Positions 8,655 through 18,058 of a stretch of DNA of 47,693 nucleotides are shown one piece after another. Below the pieces are notes generated by a model. It saw only the letters and a list, made by a program, of their open reading frames with translations, did not search any database and was not told the DNA's origin. Both the position numbers and the translations under genes were made by a program. Position 1 is the first letter of the stretch. Every line of letters starts with the position of its first letter. The DNA lies in the sequence record SRR20825006_962; one strand, given 5' to 3'.

Positions 8655-10312
8655 TGCTGAAACAGCCTTTCCAATTTTTCATCAAAGTAGCTAGGTGTCG
8701 GTTGGTTCAGGGGGGCGTTTGCACTTTCAATTGCTCGCCGCGCGCAATTAAGTTCCTCTTCAATGCGGGATGCGGTCGGTTGTGTATAAACCGCCTGGCT
8801 TGCAATGCTTCTGTGCCGCATGCATTTTTGTATCACCCTTCTTGGGAGCCCTGCATTTTCTAGGGTTTGCCCATAAAAATGACGTAGACCATGCACTGTG
8901 GTTCCGTTCTCTTTTGAGTAGTTAATGGCACAGCCATGGACTGCGTTCACTCTGTTGAGTGCGCGTTTATATGCTTTGATGAAAGAGTTGATTGAGAGTG
9001 GGTCTCCTACGTAGGAGACGCCACGCGATCTATCTTCACCAGTACTTACAAAGAGAAAGGGATGGTCGCTTAATCCGCGTGCGCAACGCGCCTTTATCAG
9101 TGTAGTCCTAAATTTTAGGTAATACTCATAATACTGAATAAATTCCCTGCGAACGTGTTCATGCAGAAAGAATATGTTGGCGGTGTGGGAGCTATCGGTT
9201 GCAATTGATTTCCACCCGGCGTGCATTGAGTTGGAGTTTTTTATCTGATGCCTTGGCCAAAGTCCTCGGATGCGCAGGTATTCGCCCCTTAACAACGTTT
9301 CACCGACTATGTGTGTTTGGGCCTGAGATGGGTGACGTAGAAACACCCGGCCATCGTACCGGCTTTGCTCAAAGACGACATCGCTGAACCACAGATGAAA
9401 AGGCTCAGAGACGCGCAGGCCTGCGAACGCCAATAACATGAATATCATTTTGCCAGCGAGATCCTCGCGTTCATGCAGCGAGTTGGCGGCAGGGTTTTTC
9501 ACGAAACCAACTTGAAGGAGATCAAGAACCAAGTTCTGGGGAGTGTGTAGCGCGGGCTCAACATCGACCTGAGGGCATGAATCGCGCTTGAAGTTGTCAG
9601 ATAGGAACCTACTCATGAGCGAACCGCTCTCCGCAATGCGTTGGCTGTTGAGGTGGTTGAAAAATCTGAGCTTTTTAATGATGAACGACGTGTGGAGAAA
9701 GTCGTACAAAAATTGGGTTTTTCGAAGCCGGTTTACGCTATCTGATATCAGGCGAGCATCTGAGACGCTCCCTTGGTTTTCTCCTGCCCAATGTGAGAAC
9801 TTTGTAATATGCGAGAAATATCGCTTGGCACGATCAGTGGATATTGCTGGCCAATAAAGGTCGGTAGTAACGGCAAGCGCGTTTTGTCCACCAATGCCGG
9901 CGCTCAGTGCAAAGCAAAATTCCCGCAGCACAAATTTATGAGGATCTAGATGTTGGGGTAATTCGCTGGCGGGAATTTCCATCGCCGAGAGGAAGTCATA
10001 AAATAGCCCCAAGGCACGGGCCACCTCACGCATCCACCCTAAACTGCGACTGCGTAGCGCTAGAAAATAATCGATGAGCGGCTCGAATGCTTCGGCCGAA
10101 TGATCGGAATGTCTCATCCATAGTACGGGAAGCGCGGTAGCCTCTATACCATCAATGTTGTGTAGTAATATGACATGGTACTTACCTACTGGGTATATCC
10201 GATTGGCCATTGAAAGAACTCCTGAGAGGGTCAAGCCCTCGCCCAATGTTCTTCCGCATTCCGGAAAGTTTGGCCTCGTGCCTTCAATATGTTGGGTGTT
10301 GAAAGGCAGCAT
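8645..10312 (-). CDS. gmtY: Tyrosine recombinase, GmtY-like
   Basis: FAGLRVSEPFHLW, LRHPS, HAGWK, HPFLFV, HGLRHFYG, MRHRSIASQAVYTQP; overlaps the next gene. Confidence 0.8.
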   Translation of the reverse strand: MLPFNTQHIEGTRPNFPECGRTLGEGLTLSGVLSMANRIYPVGKYHVILLHNIDGIEATALPVLWMRHSDHSAEAFEPLIDYFLALRSRSLGWMREVARALGLFYDFLSAMEIPASELPQHLDPHKFVLREFCFALSAGIGGQNALAVTTDLYWPAISTDRAKRYFSHITKFSHWAGENQGSVSDARLISDSVNRLRKTQFLYDFLHTSFIIKKLRFFNHLNSQRIAESGSLMSRFLSDNFKRDSCPQVDVEPALHTPQNLVLDLLQVGFVKNPAANSLHEREDLAGKMIFMLLAFAGLRVSEPFHLWFSDVVFEQSRYDGRVFLRHPSQAQTHIVGETLLRGEYLRIRGLWPRHQIKNSNSMHAGWKSIATDSSHTANIFFLHEHVRREFIQYYEYYLKFRTTLIKARCARGLSDHPFLFVSTGEDRSRGVSYVGDPLSINSFIKAYKRALNRVNAVHGCAINYSKENGTTVHGLRHFYGQTLENAGLPRRVIQKCMRHRSIASQAVYTQPTASRIEEELNCARRAIESANAPLNQPTPSYFDEKLERLFQQWR

Positions 10313-10735
10313 AAACGATGGGGCTTTGTTTAATTTATTTAAATTTACTTAAGCATTATCCATTTGTCATCTGCATATTTTAATTAATATTTTTGTTTTG
10401 TTTATTTTATATTTAACAAACAAAGTGTAGTGGATGTTATTTATTTTTAAATACTGGTATTCTGAATGGTATTGTGGCTTCTTATTTGTTATCGATTGCT
10501 CGGAATACATCTTTCTTGCGATTGGTCGCCTGTGATATGACAAAGCGGTATCGAGCTGTATTCGTGATGAGTTGGGTATTCGTTCTGCATATCGGACATA
10601 AAATTGGGCGTGCAAATTGACGCTGAAAGTGCCGATTCTAAAAGTAAACTTTGAGCGTCCAGCGTTAACCATATTTGTTTAGTTTGTGAGCGAGTGAGAT
10701 GTCGCGTATTAGGCTCATTCAGTTGACAGGGGAGC

Positions 10736-11224
10736 TCAGGCCCGGGAACTCATTGGCTGCCCACAGCGCACGATGTTTGCTAGGCCGTTTTCGTAGTGAC
10801 CTACTCCTATCCATACCGCCTCCCATCCTACGATCGCAAAGACCATGGTCCTGCGAGTGCGGGCTACGGCATCCTTCCAAGAACTTAAATCGATGATAGA
10901 CGGAGAAGGGACGTGTTCCGGGTGGGAATGCCATTCTCCAACATAAGTCACGACGCGATTACTCCTGCGCCAACACTTTGTTGCCAACCTCTGATGCGTG
11001 GCATCTTTCCGGTGAAAGGCATACTTTGAGGCGCGGTCCTGCAGCTGTTGAACTGTGGCCCCTACAACATCGATATGATGCCCTCGATAACAACCGAGAA
11101 GAACGCCCCCGGTTTCGGTGTTTTTACGCCGTTTGGCCTCCCTGTTAATCTTGGAAAGCACGCTGCGTCGGATCAAGAGATACTGACCCTGTAAGCTCAA
11201 TTCGGCTACAAAGTCGGAAAGCAC
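10736..11224 (-). CDS. Cap3-like JAB/MPN isopeptidase, orphan second copy (start may be GTG at 11209)
   Basis: ETGGVLLG...YVGEWHSHPE...PSPSIID JAMM motif. Confidence 0.85.
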   Translation of the reverse strand: MLSDFVAELSLQGQYLLIRRSVLSKINREAKRRKNTETGGVLLGCYRGHHIDVVGATVQQLQDRASKYAFHRKDATHQRLATKCWRRSNRVVTYVGEWHSHPEHVPSPSIIDLSSWKDAVARTRRTMVFAIVGWEAVWIGVGHYENGLANIVRCGQPMSSRA

Positions 11225-11745
11225 TTAGGGCACCTTTTATCTCTGTCAGGTGAGCGATCTTTGACCAGTTTGGTTACTGTCGGGTCTGTATCGATGGCCC
11301 TAGTGCGTAATCTATTCCCGTTTTTACCGCTGGCCCAGTCTAACATCATCTCTAGTGCAAGGCCTGCCGCAGTTGCTGATGCTGCAACAGAGTAGGGGAT
11401 ATAGACTCCATCTGTGCAGGTTGCCGAAATAAAATGATCCCGCCCAGGGTCTTTGAGCGGCGTGTATCTTGATACCTCGCCAAATATTGGTGATAGGCAT
11501 TGGTAGCAGGCCTTTTCTTGATTGTTCACCAATAGTGCCTGCGTTGCCGCTCCAAAACCTTCGAGCCAAGCGAATAACAGATCAGGATACTCTTCGAAGC
11601 TAGCATCGTTTCCTTTGAAGGCGTTAAGTGCCTTTGAAAACGTCGTATCCCCAGTTGCATCCACGATCAGGTCATATCCGTAAAAATCCCCAAAGTGATC
11701 TTGTGCCGCTTCAGTGATCGCATGAATGCTCTTGCCGGGGTAGAT
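11206..11745 (-). pseudogene. 5'-truncated Cap2 (C-terminal part of the E1/ThiF domain only)
   Basis: YDLIVDATGD, ACYQCL, SATCTDGVYIPY, LDWASG, CPKC align with Cap2 at 13905-15566. E2 domain and GxGxxG are absent; in-frame stop at 11746-11748. Confidence 0.8.
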
Positions 11746-11881
11746 TCAGGTATATTTCCGGAAATGGGTGACGGTTTTCTAGTAACAGTGTTAGCGATGT
11801 GCCTTCAAATATTACAACGATGTGCCTAGTTCGAAGGTACCTCCCGGCTGTAACTTTTAGCCTATCGATGAAGCGAATATT

Positions 11882-12070
11882 GTGATGACAGAAACAGATG
11901 AGGAATATGAGTATCGTGTCATTGGTTGGCGGAACTTTGAGAAAGAGAGTATTTCTGCGGTTCTAGACAACCTCCTGGCAAACGGTTGGGAGTTGGATGG
12001 TGATGAATATGTCAAGGCAGGCATGTTGGTTGATCTGACCAACCAACGGCTGCGTCGAAGAGTTTCATGA
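11882..12070 (+). CDS. Small acidic hypothetical protein (DUF4177/DUF1737-like)
   Basis: YEYRVI...LDNLLANGWELDG pattern. Confidence 0.45.
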   Translation: MMTETDEEYEYRVIGWRNFEKESISAVLDNLLANGWELDGDEYVKAGMLVDLTNQRLRRRVS

Positions 12071-12147
12071 TTTGATGAAATGAGTGAGCCGCGTTATCGG
12101 CTGTGTCTGACAAGGGGATCGCACCTGTCTGAGTATGACTAGGATGC

Positions 12148-12324
12148 AGCCCTTACTGTCGTGAATCACGACAATAAGGGCTAAAAAGCGTCTTCTGACT
12201 GCTATTGTCGTGATTCACGACAATAAGGTTTCAAGGAAGCTCATACGGCCTATTATCGTGATTCACGATAATAGGGTCTAAAACTGGCTCAAAGCGTCTT
12301 ATTATCGTGATTCACGATAATAAG
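12148..12324. repeat. Array of four 23-bp palindromes TATTRTCGTGAWTCACGAYAATA with a 48-49-bp period
   Basis: Centres at 12165, 12214, 12262 and 12311; 25-26-bp variable spacers. Confidence 0.95.
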
Positions 12325-12365
12325 TGGAAGGCTGTCCCATTTCTCGATGCCGATTTAATGATGGA

Positions 12366-12614
12366 TTATTTACGGTGCCAAGTCCGAGGAGTTAGGTCGT
12401 CAGTCATGTCTAGGAAGATTCGTTGTGCAAATGACATTCTGGTCTGAGGCGACATTGAGGAAGTTTTAATTAGACCAATACATGCACGAAAAGCAGCATT
12501 GATTCCAAATCCTGCGCGTGTTTCGTCATCGTCCACATAGTCGTGTACGGCATTGGCTATGGTCTGCTCCAACTCGTGAGCTTCGACAGCTTTCTTTTCA
12601 ACAGATTCTATCAT
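12366..12614 (-). CDS. Hypothetical 82-aa protein divergent from the XRE gene
   Basis: ATG at 12614 preceded by AAGGGAG; no family recognised. Confidence 0.5.
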   Translation of the reverse strand: MIESVEKKAVEAHELEQTIANAVHDYVDDDETRAGFGINAAFRACIGLIKTSSMSPQTRMSFAQRIFLDMTDDLTPRTWHRK

Positions 12615-12730
12615 GCGTACTCCCTTTTCAGCCAAGCTACGATACCAACTCGTATATATATACAAGAAAACAAAAAAATATAGCATATACATATATGTTT
12701 TTCTGGCCGGACTAGTTGCAATTTCCTAGT

Positions 12731-13081
12731 ATGGAAAACCTAGAAAAACTGGTCGGACAAAGAATTCGCGCATTGCGCAGATCCCATGGATGGTCGCAGG
12801 AAGAACTGGCTGCCCGTGCACAAAAGTCGGTCTATACGCTTTCTTTGCTGGAGCGGGGTGTCAATCTACCAAACCTTAGGACGCTCGTGGACTTAGTGGA
12901 TGCCTTAGGGTGTAGCCTAGACGAAGTTGTTCTCGGCCAGGGGCGCGCAACCGACAAAAAGAAACCGCGCGAGCATATTGAAATTGAAACACAGGTGCAT
13001 GCTGAGATTTCGTCCATGGACCTGAAGACGCTTAGGGCCACTCAAGGGGCCGTTGCGGCAATTCTAGAAGCACAGAGATAA
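12731..13081 (+). CDS. XRE/Cro-CI helix-turn-helix regulator
   Basis: VGQRIRALRRSHGWSQEELAA...LSLLERGVNLPNLRTLVDLVDALG. Confidence 0.9.
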   Translation: MENLEKLVGQRIRALRRSHGWSQEELAARAQKSVYTLSLLERGVNLPNLRTLVDLVDALGCSLDEVVLGQGRATDKKKPREHIEIETQVHAEISSMDLKTLRATQGAVAAILEAQR

Positions 13082-13443
13082 GACCTTAAGCGATCATATA
13101 TCCGCCTCACGACTGGATACGTGTGGGAAATGCTAGCGCGGTGTTGCCAAAGGTCCGCCGTCCTTGGTCAGGAGATTGTATGGCCCTATAAAAGCGTGGC
13201 CATCTAGTATGGACTGTAAAATTCACGAGTGAGCAAGATTATTCAATAGAAGACAGGACTCAAGAAGACAGGACTCACGAAGAATCGATGAGAAAATCGT
13301 TGGTTTTCGGCTGTGTGAATCAAGGGCCTTTAAACCAGTCCACGCTTCTTCTGATAAATCCTCTCTACTTTTGATGAGGCTGAGAAGCAAGATGCCATTG
13401 AAGCCCTGCGGCCGAACAACGTCCAACATGCATGGCAATGGGG

Positions 13444-13908
13444 CTATGAATAGAGCAGGAAAGCACTAGTTTCGTCGGAGACTTTTAATTCTATTGGGTG
13501 TTTCGTTCCCGCGACGATTAGTCCGACATAGGTTTTCGACGTTCCCGCGACAAAAAACACCATATGCTGCGTGGTATGTTCGGTAATCGCTCTCCAGGTT
13601 GAGCGGTCAATATAAGAGGGTGCAGCCTGTCCAAAAGGGTGTGTGTGCCATTCGCCTATCCAGTCAGTTTTCCCTCCAGACTTAAACCATTCCCGATTTG
13701 CAACGTCACTATGTCCATCGGTAGACCGAAAAAAACTTGCTCGCGTTCCGATATCGGAAGGGAAAGGGGTTGTTATTTTTGTAACTTCCAATGCCCCGTT
13801 TTTGCGACAGCCAAGTACCAACCCTCCGTGCTCAACTTGGTTTAGAGGTTTTTTCAGAAAGCCACGCATCTGCGCTATAGCTCTCTTGGCCACCAAAACC
13901 TTGGTCAT
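13444..13908 (-). CDS. cap3: CBASS Cap3 JAB deconjugase
   Basis: EHGGLVLG, IGEWHTHP...PSYID; overlaps the cap2 stop. Confidence 0.9.
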   Translation of the reverse strand: MTKVLVAKRAIAQMRGFLKKPLNQVEHGGLVLGCRKNGALEVTKITTPFPSDIGTRASFFRSTDGHSDVANREWFKSGGKTDWIGEWHTHPFGQAAPSYIDRSTWRAITEHTTQHMVFFVAGTSKTYVGLIVAGTKHPIELKVSDETSAFLLYS

Positions 13909-15566
13909 GATGAACTTCTATGTCGCTTGCATGCGGGGCATGAATCTAGCGGACGAGGGCAAACGGGTGGTTGATTCCGCCCGCGTCGGTAGTCAACAAC
14001 CATCGTTCTCAGTCGCGCTCCAGGGTTGCCAGTGACCCAGTCTAAAACAGCTCTCATCGCTAAACTCGCGGCAACGTTAGGCACATCGACAGCGTATGCC
14101 ACGTATGCACCATCGCTGCAGCTTGCTGGCTGAACAGTTATTTCTTCACGGCCTTTGCTAGCAGGGTATCGCCATTCACTATCGAAGGCGATTTTTAAGC
14201 ATCGAAAGCAAGCGTATTCATCTCGGAGGTTGATGAAAGATTGAACACTGGCACCATTTTTGTAGATCCAGCTATGTAGCAATGCTTGGACACTCGTATT
14301 CTTATCGAAAAGGAAAAATTCGTTCAGTGCGGTCTGAATATTCCACTCGCCTGTAGCATCTATGACGATGTCATGCATAGACAGCTCATGCCACCTTTCC
14401 AAGGCGTTGCCGGTTACTGCGGATATCTGCACATCTGGGTGAAACCGTTCAAGTTCAGTCTTGATTGCTTGCGATTTAGCTTTGCCGATGTGCTCGAAAC
14501 CTAACAAATGCCGACCAATATTTCCTTCAGCCAGATAGTCCTTGTCGAACAGAGTAAACTTAGCGCCGTTACCAGCCCCACATTGAACTAACATTCGAGC
14601 TAAATAGCCGCCGACAGTTCCGCAACCAACCAGTGCAATACTTTTCCCAATAAGCGTTTGATGACCCCGTATATTGCGTTCTGTAATATCTTTCAAAGAG
14701 CACCACTTTCCTGATAGGCGATAGATCTCGATACTGTCCAAACGGCTTTCAAGTACCCTGGCCAGCCGATGTTTTCTAATCCTTTTATTCCGCACTGCGT
14801 CTTCAATGTTGGAGGGAATCTGAAGTTCAATTCCGAGAAATGCGTTTGGTGCGGCGATGAAAAGTGGCTCTCTCCGACTTAATATTCCGAATGCTTCTTG
14901 CCAGGAACCTGGGCCCAACTCGCGATGCTCGCATATCCATGTTTTTAGATCGGCCAAGGTCCGGGGAACAACAATAGAGCTGGTAGGCCCTAAGTCTACA
15001 TCAATCCGCCAGAGTTGGGCCTTTGAGTGCTCCGTATACTTGGCGCCTCTTATTGCTTTTGAATTCGACAAGCATAGAAATCTCGAACCGTTGGGTTCTT
15101 TTACAGACAGAAAACGTGTTTCGGTACGCTTATTGAACGAGTCACGAGATACAAAGCAGCGAACATAGTCGTGCCGCTGCCAATAGCGTTGATATTCCTG
15201 TGCAATCTCAAAGTTGACAGACTTTCCTAATGAGAGACCAATTGTACGAACGACCTCTTCAAGTATTCTTAGAATTGCTTGTCCTGGTTGATACATATCC
15301 AGCGGCAGGCCTACATTAGAAAAATAGCATATCCCATTTCCTTCTGTATTGTGGGCGAGCTGTGATACCTTAAGTTCGGACCTGTGAGTAAGGCTGACGA
15401 TCGGCAGAGTTCCAAATAGTGCGTCGCTGATTGATATTCTGATTCCCACTTGTTGGCCATGAACCGTAACATAGCCCTCATAATCCGCAGGTCCGGGTCC
15501 GACCTCCGAAAAACCTCTACTTTTCAAGGTAGCATCAACTATCCAGAGGGCATCGTGCGACCTCAT
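13905..15566 (-). CDS. cap2: CBASS Cap2 E2-E1 (ThiF) fusion
   Basis: E2-like AH...ICY at the N-terminus; VGCGTVGG, D...N..RH, IDATG, CFRC, PASCSDG, CPAC. Confidence 0.92.
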   Translation of the reverse strand: MRSHDALWIVDATLKSRGFSEVGPGPADYEGYVTVHGQQVGIRISISDALFGTLPIVSLTHRSELKVSQLAHNTEGNGICYFSNVGLPLDMYQPGQAILRILEEVVRTIGLSLGKSVNFEIAQEYQRYWQRHDYVRCFVSRDSFNKRTETRFLSVKEPNGSRFLCLSNSKAIRGAKYTEHSKAQLWRIDVDLGPTSSIVVPRTLADLKTWICEHRELGPGSWQEAFGILSRREPLFIAAPNAFLGIELQIPSNIEDAVRNKRIRKHRLARVLESRLDSIEIYRLSGKWCSLKDITERNIRGHQTLIGKSIALVGCGTVGGYLARMLVQCGAGNGAKFTLFDKDYLAEGNIGRHLLGFEHIGKAKSQAIKTELERFHPDVQISAVTGNALERWHELSMHDIVIDATGEWNIQTALNEFFLFDKNTSVQALLHSWIYKNGASVQSFINLRDEYACFRCLKIAFDSEWRYPASKGREEITVQPASCSDGAYVAYAVDVPNVAASLAMRAVLDWVTGNPGARLRTMVVDYRRGRNQPPVCPRPLDSCPACKRHRSSS

Positions 15567-16750
15567 TAGGCGGAGGTTGACGTGATAATGGAAGGTGCGG
15601 GAACGCTGGCTGCTGCTGATTTCTGAATGACGCTGATTTGATCCTCAAACTTCACCGCGTCAGGGCAGTCGGGCATGCGATCGCCAAAAGCTTTTATCAG
15701 TGTTTGCACGACTTTTGTAGCGTCTCCGGTTTGGGTGAGTGCGGTCTTCATTTTCACTGCCAGTTCGCGAGCCGCATCGACCAAGATGAGCTTTTCTTTG
15801 TTTGTCCAGTCATTCAAGATGAGGTTCCCAAGCACCGGATTCTTTATCTTGCCATCTAGAATGTCAGGCAGGATCGCCGCCACCTCAAGAACGAGCGCAT
15901 CATCGCGCGTTTCAACTGGGGCACCATCGAGGTCCTGCAATGCCTTGTCGACCGCACACATAATACATAAAGATGAAAGTGGGGAGATCGGCCAACTAAA
16001 ATCCCGCCAACCTTTGAAGAAGCGGCTAAGTCTACGATAAACGGGGCCGTATCGCTCCACTCTACCCATTACCCAGTCATGTAGCTTTTGCGGGTCTGAC
16101 TCTAGCCAAGTGCCGTTCCGTTTTGCCAGCATAACTTGATCTGACGGCAGTTTGGCTGCTGTATTCAGCCGACCATGAGACATTTTGGCGAGGTTCACGT
16201 CTTCACGTAACGCTTCTACAATACGCTCGAAACGATCAGCAGGAACCGAATAGATCGGAACATCAATGTGCGCGCTGCGAGACAAGCATACACGCACGCA
16301 GCTGCTCTTTGTTTCGTCTAAACTCCAATTGTTTTCGTCGCACAGATCCCCCAACGCTTGTTCGACGAACTTGAAAAGCCCTTTTGCGGTGAGCGCAGGT
16401 TCACCATTTTCCAAGAACTCGACGGGGATATACATCCCGTCGTCCAGGTCAATTTGTTGTTGGGGTACAAAAATTGGCGCGTTAATAGTGCCATAAGCAA
16501 AGCTGCCCTGCGTCATGAACTTCACTTCAATGGTAGGGCGGCGCGTTGAAGGAACGCTACGAACGTAGCGTTCATCCCAAAACTCATCTTTGCCGCGTAT
16601 CTTGCTAACGGCAGTTCGCAAGCAAGTACGAATTTTATTTCGAGCGTTCATGAGTTTCTTCCGATCCTCATCAGGAATCGTAAGTCTCGCCAGATAGCTG
16701 GGTTCTTGCTTTAATCCATTGAATAGTGCGTGGGCATTCGCTTGCATCAT
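15566..16750 (-). CDS. CBASS CD-NTase (DncV/CdnA-like cyclic dinucleotide synthase)
   Basis: TQGSFAYGT...QIDLDDG, KSSCVRV, HIDVPIY, SDP, FKGWRD; extended tail ending ITSTSA, the kind of tail conjugated by Cap2. Confidence 0.92.
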   Translation of the reverse strand: MMQANAHALFNGLKQEPSYLARLTIPDEDRKKLMNARNKIRTCLRTAVSKIRGKDEFWDERYVRSVPSTRRPTIEVKFMTQGSFAYGTINAPIFVPQQQIDLDDGMYIPVEFLENGEPALTAKGLFKFVEQALGDLCDENNWSLDETKSSCVRVCLSRSAHIDVPIYSVPADRFERIVEALREDVNLAKMSHGRLNTAAKLPSDQVMLAKRNGTWLESDPQKLHDWVMGRVERYGPVYRRLSRFFKGWRDFSWPISPLSSLCIMCAVDKALQDLDGAPVETRDDALVLEVAAILPDILDGKIKNPVLGNLILNDWTNKEKLILVDAARELAVKMKTALTQTGDATKVVQTLIKAFGDRMPDCPDAVKFEDQISVIQKSAAASVPAPSIITSTSA

Positions 16751-16826
16751 TGAGTTTCCCTAGCCAACTATTTGATATAGAAATGTGGATATTAACACAG
16801 CTTCGTGCAAGTGGAACACTTAACCA

Positions 16827-17513
16827 ATGTATCGAATTTTACCCAAAAAGTTGATCGTTCTTACGATTGCACAACTCGGAATTGGTGTATTTCTATTGCT
16901 TGAGCTTTTGTTCAACGCAAACCCTCGGATCCCCTTTGCCGCTCTGTTGGTCTGGGGCGTTGTCAATGGGATTGCATGGAAGCCGGTTTGGCAATGTGTA
17001 TGGCGTCGTTTCCCGATACTGAGTGAGAAAATCTTCCCGGACCTGAATGGTGAATGGGACGTAACCTTGAATAGTAATTGGTCAAGAATTCAACAGCTTC
17101 AATGCACAGCAAAGTCAGGCACGGGCATACTTAATATGGAAACTTGTCCCGATACCATGTTGGCACCCCTGAGCAGTGTGAACCTTCGAGCAAAAATTCA
17201 TCAGACTTGGTTTGGGTTTGAAATGCGGATTTTCAATCCGGCGCAAAACTCGCCCATCCAGGACTCTGAAACGATCGTGATCGAACCGATTGCGCCAAAT
17301 GGACTGCGTCGGGCTGGAATTTGCTATCTGTATTCACAGAGAAACCAGACTGACGTTCTCACGGATGACGCGTGCTTCGACGGGGCTGCTCGGTTGGAAT
17401 ACGACGCGGACTCGGACAGTCTGGATGGCTATTTTTGGACGAACAGAATGTGGCGCAGAGGGATGTGCACAGCGGGCACAATTACTTTCATGCGGAGAAG
17501 GAACGAGATTTAG
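16827..17513 (+). CDS. Cap15-like 2TM plus beta-barrel CBASS membrane effector
   Basis: Two TM segments, then W..W...FPDLNGEW...SNW, YLY...FDGAARL...LDGYFWTNR...TAG. Confidence 0.75.
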   Translation: MYRILPKKLIVLTIAQLGIGVFLLLELLFNANPRIPFAALLVWGVVNGIAWKPVWQCVWRRFPILSEKIFPDLNGEWDVTLNSNWSRIQQLQCTAKSGTGILNMETCPDTMLAPLSSVNLRAKIHQTWFGFEMRIFNPAQNSPIQDSETIVIEPIAPNGLRRAGICYLYSQRNQTDVLTDDACFDGAARLEYDADSDSLDGYFWTNRMWRRGMCTAGTITFMRRRNEI

Positions 17514-17648
17514 CCGCGAACACCGATCTTATGCAGTTTGGAAATGGCTAGAGCCCGTTCATTCAATGTTGGCGGTCGGGCGCCCAACTGATGATATGAT
17601 TTGGTGCGGCATGCGACCTGCATCGCGTCTGGTGCGACAATGGTGCAA

Positions 17649-17957
17649 CTATTCAAAGGGCTTAAACCCGAACAAAAAGATATTGTCTCCGTCTTCATAG
17701 GTTCCGGCAAGAAAGCTGTAGGCATCAATGACGTTTTCATCGAGACCGTAACCAGTGGCCCCGGTTAGCACTTCGTGAATTTTATCCCTGAATTTCGTCC
17801 AGTTATTCAACCTTCCAATTGTACCAACCCCAGGGTCGTAGAAGCATGCTTGATCGACACCTCTTGTGGAGAGTTGGTAGAGTTTCAATACATTGGAGAG
17901 CTCTTCTTTGATCTCATTTCCTGTACCGTCACAACAAATTACGATGTTTTTTGGCAT
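17649..17957 (-). pseudogene. Truncated DUF2235/Tle1-like alpha/beta-hydrolase
   Basis: KNIVICCDGTGN, SNVLKLY, FYDPGVGT, GYGL, IFLFGF; homology stops exactly where the GFSRG nucleophile motif should be. Confidence 0.8.
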
Positions 17958-18058
17958 GATTTGTTCCCCCCCCCTGTCGCCTCTACCCCAAGGCGAATTC
18001 TACACACAAAATGGTTGAGTTGGGAAGTTATTAGCTGTTTACTTAAAGCAATTGGCTA

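Noticed and set aside
10367-10672. 101-aa minus-strand ORF upstream of gmtY
   Set aside because: Composition simply mirrors the AT-rich tract (I/K/N/Y-rich); no recognisable domain.
12148-12324. Calling the palindrome array a CRISPR array
   Set aside because: No cas genes in the window, repeats are end-to-end palindromes, and the short spacers share sub-motifs (CTAAAA, AAAGCGTCT). Kept as an unexplained repeat.
13248-13277. Tandem 15-bp duplication AGAAGACAGGACTCA
   Set aside because: Only two copies, likely slippage; the surrounding 71-aa ORF is unsupported.
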